A DNA stretch of 64,000 nucleotides from assembly GCA_973895155.1 (NCBI GenBank), contig OZ316897.1:16503938-16567937 (forward strand), in the 5' to 3' direction. The translations under genes and the position numbers were made by a program. The notes under the pieces are model-generated. The model saw only the letters and a list, made by a program, of their open reading frames with translations. It was not told where the DNA came from and did no database searches. The stretch is from Marsupella aquatica. Its lineage: Eukaryota > Plantae > Marchantiophyta. Within the stretch, counting starts at the first letter, position 1. The number at the start of each line of letters is the position of its first letter. Positions 1 through 11,453 of the stretch are shown here, piece after piece.

Positions 1-797
1 ATAGTGATCAGTAGCTGCCACACCTTCGAACCCACACACCCTGCGTCCCCACACCTTCGCAATTCTCATCAATCTGTACTGGCATTGCAAAACGAGCATA
101 AAGTACAAGCACCAAACTCATCACGATCTGGTAGATCAGGAGTGGCACTATGTTTTTAAACTCCGCAGTACCCTGTCAATGGAGAAAGTAACTGTGCGCA
201 GAGCAATACCCCTAGAAAGGAGCTTGAAGTAAGGCAACGAAGAGAGAAAATCTTATCAGGTACCTTCTTCCCCTACACTGCAGACATCCGTTTTCATCGC
301 AATCATTAGAGCTTCGCTGAATCTGTAGATATGATGGACATTTTTCTAGGCAGGCAGGGGGCCATGAAGCCGCTGTGTACTCAGCTCCCTTCGCGGGATG
401 ATGACGCATAGAAGTGGACAAGTGCCTATGTCTAGACTACGAATGGGCTTTCTTACTTCGCACCCAAACCTAGTTTCCAGTCGTCCTCCACTCTGTCGAC
501 AGCCAACCGTGTGGAAGTTCTCTCATCTCTAATCACAAAATTTCATGATGAACTACTCTGCAGAGGGACCAATGTGCAGGGAGAAACTTTTGCTTGACAA
601 ATGATAGCAGCGGTTGCAGAAAACCTGCAGGCGACGGAATGCACAATCACAGGCCAAACTCTGTTGAGCAACATGAACCACATTGACTTCACTCCATGTC
701 AATGCACTTTTCGATCAGCCGGCAATCTAGGTCGAAATTATCAGTTTCGGTTCTTTGACCAAAACCCATTGACCGCAGGCTAGATCTCCTCGACCCT

Positions 798-1235
798 TCA
801 TGATTCCATGACAAGCCCAGGCTGTGCACTGGGAGGAAAAGCAACGGACACATTATTGGAGAAAGGTGGGCAGTAATCTATCCTGCAGTACTCCATGGTG
901 GCCTCCCCGAACTGTGAGCAGAAGTCGGCCCTACTATACGTCCACCCGCACCCGGCACTGACCTCGTCCTCCACTTCGTGACAGCAATTACTGTCCCAAC
1001 TGAAATCCATCCCCGAGCATTTCCAGAGACGTTCTACGACTGAGGCGTAGTCAAAGCAGAGCGCATCGGCGACACTGGTGTAAAAGTAGAGCAGGCTCAC
1101 CAGCACGGCGAACGCACACGCCCCAATCACCAGGCACCAAGTGAACCACGGCCGCCGATTCAGAATCATCTCTCTTGCAGTGGCCACAAAAGGAGCTACC
1201 GCGCTGCACACACAGAGGATCAACGGGTAATCCAT
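798..1235 (-). CDS. Small putative secreted cysteine-rich protein (8-Cys pattern), family uncertain
   Basis: 145-aa ORF. A hydrophobic leader ends in VADA (an AxA-type cleavage site) and is followed by C-X12-C-X10-CC-X10-C-X9-C-X10-C-X4-C. The second Met at 1169 gives a more conventional signal peptide. Confidence 0.5.
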   Translation of the reverse strand: MDYPLILCVCSAVAPFVATAREMILNRRPWFTWCLVIGACAFAVLVSLLYFYTSVADALCFDYASVVERLWKCSGMDFSWDSNCCHEVEDEVSAGCGWTYSRADFCSQFGEATMEYCRIDYCPPFSNNVSVAFPPSAQPGLVMES

Positions 1236-2207
1236 TCATACAATAATGGATTACTCAAGAACCACACTTTCTCTCCGGGTCAGCTGCAGATCGAAAATGC
1301 GTCTCCCTACTACTCTACCAGCATCTCCAGTACAGCAGTAAACCCTGAATCCTTACAGTCAGAGAGAGCACGCGTCAATGGCCGATACGTAATCTGTCGA
1401 TACATTTTGAAGCCGCAAACCTCTTTTGCAAAAAGGAGAAGAAGATGCGTTGAAGCGAGGTGACGATGAAGAAAAGTAATTCTCTTGCACTTTCGTCGAG
1501 GGAAAGCCAGAAGCGTGTCCATCACGCAACAGACTACACCAGGAGTGAATGTCGAAAGGTGGTCGCTGTGAAATTAGTGGGAGCTGCATCTTGCCGCCGC
1601 GTCGGAACACTTACTGATGTAGCGAAAGACCCTCCCGAGATTCGATGACCGCATGAACCCCACGCCGAGTCCCTGACCCATGGCAGACACGATGTCGATG
1701 AAAATTGGGGGAACGAGTCAAACTGGACAAGAATTCTGAGCTTTTTTCAAAGTAGCAAGTCTATGTGGCGCATGTTCTTCCCCCACCGGTCCAACGATGA
1801 ATTATTTTTTGGAGCAATCGGAATATCGAATGGTGGAGATCAAACGTGATGGTAGTGATTGCATCAAAATGTGGATTCACGATGAAGGTGAGTTCTGGTG
1901 GAAGAAAGGAAAAAAACGTGGGTAGTGTGCTCAGAGAGTCACGTAGGGGTCCATTTAGAGTATCTCTGGTTGTTTAGGGGTCAATGAACTCCACACCCAA
2001 AATGTAGCCATCACCCCAAATTGTAGCCATCATTTGAAGGCCTAGAAACTAAAAAAGCCAATACTCACAACGTGCTCAGTCTGGAAAGCACTTCTTTTGG
2101 GTTTGGTTTTGTCCCCTTGGGACCTGAGAATATATAAACTTTTTATAGAAAAGGACCAAAATAGAGTATAGAGTAAAGAGGGTCCAAATGAACAAAACCA
2201 AACATAA

Positions 2208-2375
2208 AAGAAGTGAGCAATAGGGAACCCCTAAAAACCATAAAAACCAAGAAAAAGAAACTACAACTAAGAAGTGAGCAATAGGGAACCTCTAAAAACC
2301 AAGAAAGAGTAACTAAAACTAATAAGTGAGCACTAGGGAACCCGTAAAAACCAAGAAAGAGGAACTAAAACTAAC
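2208..2375. repeat. Degenerate ~60-bp tandem repeat, about 3 copies
   Basis: AAGTGAGCA(A/C)TAGGGAACC..TAAAAACCA recurs three times. Confidence 0.75.
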
Positions 2376-2479
2376 CCAAATGGACCCGGGTCCTCATCAT
2401 TCCTAGCAAATGCGACAAAAATCTAATGGTCCACATCAAGTGTCAAAACTAAATCAGCAAGTGGGATTGGAACGTCTTC

Positions 2480-2960
2480 TAGGGGAGCGAGCCGCTGCAG
2501 GGGCACACTAGCACCCACTGTAAGAGATCAACGATAGATGGCCCGAGCTTGAGCACGTTGTAAGGTGACTGAAATGTGTTGGCGAAAGTGTGTGGTCAAA
2601 ACAGATAGCGGGGGCCCGATGGGACCCATCCCAACCATGAACATCTCGGGCAGCTTGTTGAAGAAGCCCGTCAAACTGGTGATGAAGACGCCCGAATATC
2701 TCAAGAGCAAGGGGGAGGAAGCTATCAGATGAAGCTCGTGCAACATATATTGGCCTCCTTGTTGTTGCCGCACGTGGCGCTGTTGCCCCTGTTGTTGTTG
2801 TCACTGTCCCAATGATGTCTTGGCGCAGCTAGTGGGTTTGCCACCACTACGTCTGCCAAAGTACGTTCACCCTCACGGACCATGGTAAAATCCACCTGTA
2901 ACCGTTGTGATGGAGGACAAGGTAACTCGAGTACCACAGATGAGGAATGACTGGATACTC
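2480..2960 (-). mobile_element. Decayed 3' fragment of an RLE-type (CRE/NeSL-like) non-LTR retrotransposon
   Basis: Frameshifted pieces QVDFTMVREGERTLADVVVANP / FLPLALEIFGRLH / HFRQHISVTLQRAQARAI occur in the motif order of the C-terminal restriction-like endonuclease region. Confidence 0.65.
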
Positions 2961-4523
2961 GAGTTACTCGCCTGAAGCCATCCTCTTGTGCCCTTCCCTC
3001 TGGAAGAAGGAACCCAAGCTCGGTCCGTGTCAAGTGCCTCGGAGAGGATGCTTGGGACCTCTTTGTTTGTTCTTTTGTACTCTGTTTGGCCCTTTTTTGT
3101 AAACAGTTTATATATTTTTTTACTTACTTCTTTCACCTCTATACTCTCCAAAGTGACATTTTGTCATACCTAGGTTCAAAATCTCTAAAGTGACATTTTG
3201 TCATACCTTGGTTCAAAATCTCCTTACCCAGGCTCTTGCGGTGAAATATCTAATGTAGATGTGGATAGAGTACTCACACACCTAATGTAGGTTGTTTTTC
3301 GTCTTGAAAACAAATGTGGATGGATTGACCACTCCGATCATTTCCCATCAAAGTAGATAGCAACCTGCCTCTCGAGTCACATTGATAAGTTGATTGGGAT
3401 TCAAAATGAAGATTGCCAGAACTATAGGCGGGACCATCCAAGACTGTTTGTAAACCAATAGGGCGTCTCAAACTAGGCGTCCCGCGGAACTTTTCAGCAA
3501 CCAGAAATCCACAGCGAGCACTGCAACCGCAAAATAGTCGGTGCCCAAAATTGGTGACCACAAGTAACCCGCCCGTTCATGTTACCACAACCGGAAGTTG
3601 ACTAAAGCCGGGTTACGTGAGGCGTTTAGGATACGTTATGACGGGTTTAGGTTACACTTTGTTCCGCCTTGGAGTTCGACGTTGCTTGTGACACTGTGAC
3701 TTTGCGTGTGAGAAAGACCTTCGACATTTTGAATGTGATTGTGCACCTTGCATGGTGTCCATTGAGGAATGTGATCGAATGTGCATACTTTGAGAGCCTC
3801 CATCGACGTTCAACATTCGTCCCAAGCTCCAAGTCTCACTTGAAGTGAAAAGTCTTGAGATGCACATTGAAAGATTGACTTTTGTGGATGCTGGAATTCC
3901 AAGGACACATACTCAAAGCTCTATCAAACCAAAGTCCTCTTCCGGGAAACAACAGAGTGCAAAGAAAATTCTTGCAGCCCTTGTGCTGTAGTTGAAGAAT
4001 GCAGATTTAGAGGACTTTGAATAGGGAAAGTTAGTCTACTTGCTTTGGACAACAATAATCTACTGGGTTATTACATGAGAATTACATTTATTTTGCACTT
4101 ATGCTTGTGAAAGACTATGCATGACGATTGTTGCATTGTCTTCATAGCTTAATCTGTATATGCATTGACTTCCTTCATCACTTCTTGACAACTATTAGGC
4201 TCAAAAATGCCTCAATTTTCTGAGAGGCAGAGAGGGTTGAGACAAGTAAGGCAACGCCTCAAATTTCCATTGCTGTATAGAGTTCTAACGGTCCTAAAGA
4301 TACTGGATGTGTGGACCTTGACCTCGAACGATTCTCGGACTTTGACAGGGACAACTTCAGTACTGACATTGAGTCCGACTTGGCTCTGGATAGCTCATCT
4401 AATGATGAGAAAGGAAAAGAGGAGTCCGACTCTGATGAGAATCCAACCGACCTTTTAGAGCTGTACTTTGTGATGTACAATACTCGTTATTTTATTGATC
4501 GTCATGTCAACCTTAAATCTAAA

Positions 4524-5160
4524 GACCCTGGGCCCCCACTCCCAATAGAAAATCTCTACCCCCTATGAATGGACCCCCCTCTAGTACCCCTTGTTATTAT
4601 TTTTGAAACAATAAAAATTTGTCTTGTTATTTAGAAAAAAACACATTTTGACAATACTTAATATCCTTGAGATAATTATAAAATCCAGATTTGAGGAATT
4701 TTATATAGGCTTCATTAGTTACATTTTCTTTGTTCAAAGATCTTCCCTCCCTCAGATCCAATGGGCAGGGATTTGCCTCATGTGTTTCCTCATAGGGCAG
4801 TTCAAAAAACCCACCCTAAACCCCTCAACATACCCTGTACCCTAAGCCCCACAACCCCGCCCACAACTTACAATGGCATACCAAAACTAAGGCACAGACA
4901 CATGTACCTATTAGATGATGCCACGTGTACCACTAAGATGATGCCGTGTGGCAAAGATGATTATATACCCGCTTCCCAAAAACAAATGGGAGCGGAATAT
5001 CAAGTGCCCTTCCTTATTTGGAAAGTGACATTTATATAAAAGAGTGGCCGGGTTGCTTAGTTACAAGCCAATTCTACAAATTACTTTAATATGAATTAAA
5101 TCAACCCTTGAATCTTTCTCACGTCCAACTCATTTTACCTAAGAGTGGGGGCCCAGGGTC
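4524..5160. mobile_element. MITE with 18-bp perfect TIRs and 4-bp TAAA TSD
   Basis: GACCCTGGGCCCCCACTC at 4524-4541 with its reverse complement at 5143-5160. TAAA lies at 4520-4523 and 5161-5164. Removal restores the frame HVNLKS-KEFAQQFF. Confidence 0.9.
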
Positions 5161-5642
5161 TAAAGAATTTGCACAACAATTCTTCCATTGCTTGGCCGAT
5201 CCTTTGTTTAGGCAGCTCACTAGGATGGACAAGTCTTCTTTTTATCACCTTCTTACCCTCATTGAAGGACACCCCGTCTTCCAGAATCAGTCCAATTGTG
5301 AGCAAGCACCTATAGAGGCACAATTAGCGGTATTCTTGGACCGGCTTGGTCATGATGGGAATGGTGCATGCTTAAATCATATGATACCCACTTGGGGTGT
5401 GAGTTGTGGTTCAATTACAAGTAAACTACTCTAAATGTTGCTTTCTAGCTTTGGAGAGCATTTTGAAAGACTACATCAAATGGCCTACCAGAAAAGAATG
5501 GGAAGTGAGTTTAGAGGCATTTGGAAGATTGGGATTTTGAGGCTGTATTGCTCTCATTGATGGATCCCTTTGTCCTCTATCACAATGCCGTGCCCTGCAT
5601 GGAGAGTGTTACTATGTTCATAAGAGTCGGTAGTCCATCAAT

Positions 5643-5968
5643 GGGTATAACCACCATGCCAGGAAACAGTAAAAAGGAAACAACAAAGAGTAAACAGTAA
5701 ACAGCAAATGGATGAGAATTTTTTGAAAAAATTTTGATTTTGATTTTTTTGATTTTTTTTTTTTGGTTTGTATTTTTGACCTTTTTTTACTAGCGCCCAA
5801 AGCTAGTAATAGTAGCGCCTGGCGCTAGCCAAAAATGATTGTTTTTAAAAATATTTTGAAACTTGAGTTTTAATGAGAAATTTGTTATATCTCATTTTTG
5901 CTCATAACAGTAAATTTTTCTCATAACAAGAAATCATTTTCCTATTTCCTGGCACGGTGTAAAGCCTC
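5643..5968. mobile_element. Mutator-like MITE, 9-bp TSD
   Basis: TCCATCAAT at 5634-5642 and 5969-5977. Imperfect ~27-bp TIRs share the core CACCRTGCCAGGAAAYAG. Removal restores SINVQVVCD. Confidence 0.88.
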
Positions 5969-6369
5969 TCCATCAATGTGCAAGTGGTCTGTGACCACCA
6001 CAGGAAGATTATATTTGCATTATCAGGTAACAATAATCCATTTGAATTATTTTGTGGAATTCAGCAGAACATTGTATGCTCTGTTATTGACTTTGGGATG
6101 TTACTGCTCTTTTGCAGGAATGACTGGATCATGCTCTGATCTAACTTGTGTGCGGAAGTCCCCATTGTTACCCTTTTTGACTGATGTGAGAAGAAATGAA
6201 CTATTTGAAGCATACCAGTACATTTTAGGTGATTCGGGTTATCAGGCCCTTCCACACATGGTGTCTGCATTCAAGAGGACAGACATGGTACCAGATAAAG
6301 AGAATTTCAATATGTACGTGTGTGGCCAAATGCAGGGTAACCAATGAGCAGTGTATTGGTGTTCTGAAG

Positions 6370-9300
6370 TGTGACGCCGCCAGCACGGCTGGTAATGAGT
6401 AATCCGGCCTAATCCGTGCTGAGCACACACGCCACGGACTTAGGAGTCCGTAGTTATTAGCATAGCGACACTAAAATAGTTAGTAATCATCCCGGTAATC
6501 ATGAATAGGACAAGATTAGTCAATTAAGAGCATTCACACTCGGGCTGGTGGCAGAGCACCAACCGTACCGCCGGGTTACAAGCGCGTTATGGATGTCTAC
6601 CTCGGGTCCGTATAACGGATTGAGAAGCTGCTCTCTAACCCGCCTTGATTCAGACCTGCAAAGTGGCCGGTACACTATAAGCGTGACAAGCTCGGCCTAT
6701 CAGAAAAGGGCAAGGGCCGATCGACCAACGTCCCACCAGGGTATAAAAGGAAAGCCATTCCCTTGCTTAGTATTGATACTTCACTCCTTGTGCCAACTTT
6801 GATCCCAGCTCGTCCGCTCCTTCCTTAGCTGTCCACCACACCTCACCATATGTCTGTCACAATTATGTCTAGTTTGGCCATTTGCTTTTTGGCTTCAATT
6901 TCTGTCCATTGGTAATCATCTAGCAAAAACGCTTGCCAAATTCAACCCGCATAGGTACAAAGCTGAAAAAGAGTATGAACAACTCATCTGTTTGGCCGGG
7001 CGCTCTCACTACAACTTACAACGACCTCAATCGGGACCTCAATCTTCCCTTTCAGAGCAAATTATGTCAAGATGACGAGATCGCCAAATTCTTCTTCGAC
7101 GGTTCAAAGTACCTCGGCTTTGGAGAAGCACTCCTTTGACTCCCGGACAAAGTCTTCACAATCCCGGGCATGGTGGACTTGCAGCATCGTCACTTCAACC
7201 ATATACCCGCCAAAGTTTAGTCCTTCCTTGACTATCAAGTTGGTAGCCCGAATCTGGGCAAGTCGTCAATCCTAGCATCACTTAGCTTCCCCTCCGATCT
7301 TCTAAACCCTATGGTGCCGCCTCCAACTACACCCACGGCCGACGCATCAGCACCATCACAACCACCGCCTTGGCCTCATTCAAGCCGCTCTCCACCACTA
7401 GCAGCACCACCGGTTTGGGTACGATCCGTGGTGAATGCGGTAAACATCAGCTCAGAGGACGAAGAGGCTCATCCTCCTGTTGTTCGGAGGCCACCGGGGG
7501 CACACCGACACGGGCCGGGTGACGCATTGCCGCCCGCAAAAGCCCCGACCCGAGATGTGGTCCCGATAGACAACACAGTGACCGTTGCAGCCCCGACACC
7601 AGTTCTATCAGCAGTCGCGCTGCCCCTACCAGATAGGGAGGACGATGTCCCCTTCTATGAGCCATCTCGGGAACAACTTTTGGGGAAGGAAGAGGAAGGA
7701 CCCGACTATAGTATCCGGTTTACCCGTGGCCACCGTCATCATATTGGCCAAGTTGACCATGCATTGCACGGGGGAGAATGTTCACAAGAACATCCTCCAT
7801 CCAAAGCATGCAACATACTTGAAGACCCAGGGGTTCGAACACCTCGCCGTCCTCCCCTGGAACACTTGCAGGTACTATGGGCAAGACATGACAGAGTTCA
7901 TCCAAAACTTTGACGAGGCCCGCCAACAAACCCGTGCACACGGATGGGTAATGCCTTAGAATGAGGAGTGGCCTACCCGAGGGTCGAAACCCGGTGGAGT
8001 CACAAGCCCCAGGGGGCAAGGGAGAAAAATACCAATCCTTGAGCTTCCCACCCGAGGGTTCAGTGGACAACGGCTTCCTGATGAGAACATGCCTCATCCC
8101 GAAGATTGCAAAGCGGTCGGAGTTCCAGCGGTACGCCCTCCACATGATGGAGCCATGGGGAGAAATATCAACAGCATAGGTGATCCAGGTTGAGAACTAT
8201 CAACCTAGAAAGTGGGCTTCCTTCTTTGTCAAGAAGTTCCACGAGGAAATGGAGCGACGAAGAAAGACCTTGTACCTCGGGGGGAAGGTGTACCTTGCAA
8301 GCCACATTGAGATTATTATTGAGTGGTACGCCCATTTTGATCGACAAACTTTTCCGCAGCTCACCCCACCCCGGTGGGTCTTTCTGGTGCTGGAACGACG
8401 GCCGTAGCCTGAAGCCCAAACTCCAGCACTAGTAGTGCCCACCCTGGCCCCACCACCAGCCATTGAGACACCCTCCCCGGTGCCAGACTTGGCGGTGATT
8501 GCAACCCTAGATAGCCAAAACCAGGCTTGCACAGTGACCGTTGAGCGGGAGGAAGCCGGCCCCGAGCCCGAGGCCATTAGTCAAGAGGGAATCGTAGTAC
8601 CAGCCGCACCAATGCTAGAAGACCCTTTAGCTGGGAGCCTCGCCCCCTCTAACCGTCCTGCCTCTAGGCTGGATGTAACAACTTCGGCCTCCCCCCAAGT
8701 AGAGGTCTGCCCTTGCCCAAACCCGAGTGGGCACAGCTTGGTGAACCCGGAACTCTTCACACCGGGCACATATTTGAACGGGTTTCCAGGGACTTCTCCC
8801 AACAAATTAGCCGAGAGATGGGGGAGTTCATGGCCCGCAAGGTAGCCTACTTCTTTAGCCAGGAGCTGGTGCCAACGGTGAAAGCGGGACGGGCACAGGC
8901 TGAAGCCACAACAAAGATTGGGCGGTACCGGGTTGAGACCGCCCGACTCTTAGGCAAAACATATGGCACACCGAGATACTGAGCTGCAACTTCTCCATCC
9001 TTAGCTAGCGACGGCCCTCGCCCAAGTCACCGATACCGAGGCCAAGTTAACCTTGGCCAAGCAAGCTGGGGCCAGGAAGGACGCTGAGATCTCACGACTC
9101 TGGGCCCAGATTGACAGTTTGAAGGGGCAAGCTGTAATTTGGCAGAAGGACATAGAGGAGGCCGATGCTCGGGCCCAACAAGATACCGCCGAGGTGGACG
9201 CCTTGAAAGCAGAGGTGGCACAGCTCTAACAAGAAGCCGCTAAACAAGACCAACTGGTGGCCAAGCTGACAAGCGACGGTCAACAGTTGGAAGAGGCGTG

Positions 9301-10357
9301 CCAGGAGGCCGTAGAGGAGACAAATGCGATGAAGAGAGAGAATGATTCTCTCATGGACCAGGTCCAGATCCTCAAGCAAGACGTTGACCGGCTGAGGAGG
9401 CAGCAGGATGGTCAATCCAAGTCCCACTCGGGCGCATCTAACAAGCGAGCCAGACACTAAGCGGCGCCGATAGTTTAGAGTAGCATAGGTTTAGCCATGG
9501 AAGTAGGACACTACCAACGAGCGCCAGAACTAGTTAGAGTGGTGCTGACAACTTTTTTAGCATAGCATCTTAGGGTAACAACAAGCCGTTTAGCGGATTA
9601 ACGTTTAGCTAGGATTAGTATAGGCTAGAACTTGAGCACGTGACCACTCCTGGCCACGACTCTTAGTTAGTATTTAGTGCACCCCGATAGAGGCAGTAGG
9701 CCAAGGGGGCTTTGGGTTTTGAACCGGGTCTCCGCGGATGTGCGGGGAGTCCCAACCTTAGTGAATAGAAAAGTACCAGGAGTGAGGGCACGACTAAGCT
9801 TGTTGGGCAAGTGCGGAGCTGGGCACCGTTGTAGTGTACAACTCATTGCCATTGGCTATTTATTCCCAAAGAAGTCGAGTCAACCGTATATGTACGTATG
9901 ACGGATTATAATTAAAAGTCTTTCCCCACCATTTCCTTCGTGTAAACCGAGATTGTATGTGTGTAAATTGTTATGTTTAGTCTCATATACATGTATAGAA
10001 TGCTTGGCCGAATGCATTGTCCGAGCTGCACACGGGGTGACGACTATGGATAATGGTTGCAAGCCCGGGTTAAATACCCATATCATCGGATCCGGATTGG
10101 AGGCAGACAACACAAAGGCTTATAAGTCCCTAAGCCGGGGTCGATCCAGCTATTGACTTGGGGTATGTTCCACGGAATAAAAATATACCTATGATACGGG
10201 TAAGAATATGATTGGGCACATTTAGTGTCAAGTTAGGGGAATACGGTATCGTATGCACGTCCCTCCTTGCCCGAACCTCAATATTAACGGAGTTTATGGC
10301 CGCCTAAGCTGAAATCCGATTAAGGATGAATCTTTTGGCATGACCCCAGGCATGACA
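6370..10357. mobile_element. LTR-retrotransposon-derived insert (probable ~4-kb solo LTR or deletion derivative)
   Basis: Starts TGTGACGCC and ends GGCATGACA (TG..CA, short imperfect inverted repeat). 5-bp TSD TGAAG at 6365-6369 and 10358-10362. Removal restores GVLK-SRWHSL. No terminal direct repeats and no gag/pol motifs were seen. Confidence 0.88.
6933..9460 (+). pseudogene. Decayed long accessory ORF inside the LTR-like insert (Pro-rich, globular, Pro-rich, coiled coil)
   Basis: Collinear ORF pieces at 6933-7139, 7311-7710, 7700-7959, 7961-8407, 8435-8845, 8713-8982 and 9257-9460 are joined by single stops or frameshifts. A TATA-like GTATAAAAGG lies at ~6742 and AATAAA at ~10177. Confidence 0.65.
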
Positions 10358-11453
10358 TGAAGAGTAGATGGCATTCCTTAAAGGAATTCCAAATTCAATT
10401 GAACACCAAAAAAGGACAACCTTTGGATGGTACGGTGGATCAGTTTGTGTGCAAAATTGCATAACTTTGTGATTCACAGGAATGATGCGTGGACACCTGA
10501 GGATATAGTGCTACAAAGGGAGCAAGACGGTGACTTTCATGATGATTGACTTTTATCCAGATCCTAACCTGAATGGACATCCTGATCAGCATCAGGATCC
10601 AGGCATAGTTTCTCGACGTGCTGTGGTACAAGCTGGAAATGCGTTGCTTGTAAGAGTAATGGATGGAGCCTTGGAACACTATCAACAACCAGGGAGGTTT
10701 TTGCGCCGGGAAGCTCAGGCCCCGACTATCTTAATCAGATTAAGCTGTTATTAGAAAGCCTTCAAAATGTTGGGGTATATATGACGGTTCAGTATCAGAG
10801 TCCGTCAAGCGAACAGGAGGGATAAATCTTCAGTTAGGGCTGCATAGAATTATGTATCACCATTCGATCGTTGTAGCCGGGGTTGTAGCAGTAGTTCAGA
10901 AGCAACTAAGTCGAATGCATTGAGAGTAGTGAGAGTTTTGAGACTCCTTTCTGTAATGACCCAAATTCTGTAATCTCAGGCTTTTGTGTAATCATGACCA
11001 TTTCATCTTACTTGTGTCAATGGCATTGAATTACTTGTGTCCAGAGCTAGTATGGTTCTTACTTGCACTGATCACAATCAACTTCTGGCTTTGTGGATGT
11101 CTAATGCAAGCAAAATAAGATTGAATGAAATGTTGTTCGAATCAGCTTGCCCTAATGAAAAGTGACAGTTCCCATCCATGCCATCAAAAAATTCTGTCTG
11201 GCTTCAAACAAAATGGAATCTGTGGTTGATGGACCCTTCCAGATATAACACCGACCTTGAGCCAATTGCCCATTGCATGCAAAGAAAGCACTGTAAGCAA
11301 TATATAATGCCATGTATGATGATTACAATTTAGTATAAAAAAGTATTCATCCCCAAAACAAAAGGATTGCTTTATTTTCAAAATGAGCCTGGCCTTCCAA
11401 AGTCTACAAGGCTGAAATTTACATTGTAAACATATATAGATCATTCAAAGAAC

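Larger units (their letters stand above)
4207..10750 (+). pseudogene. Harbinger (DDE_Tnp_4/HARBI1-type) transposase pseudogene, split
   Basis: Removing inserts 4524-5160, 5643-5968 and 6370-10357 plus a GT-AG intron at 6027-6117 gives QLAVFLDRLGHDGNG..IKWP..GCIALIDGSLCPL..SINVQVVCD..GSCSD..YILGDSGY..RVTNEQCIGVLK|SRWHSL..CAKLHNF. Several stops and frameshifts remain. The 3' end is approximate. Confidence 0.92.
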
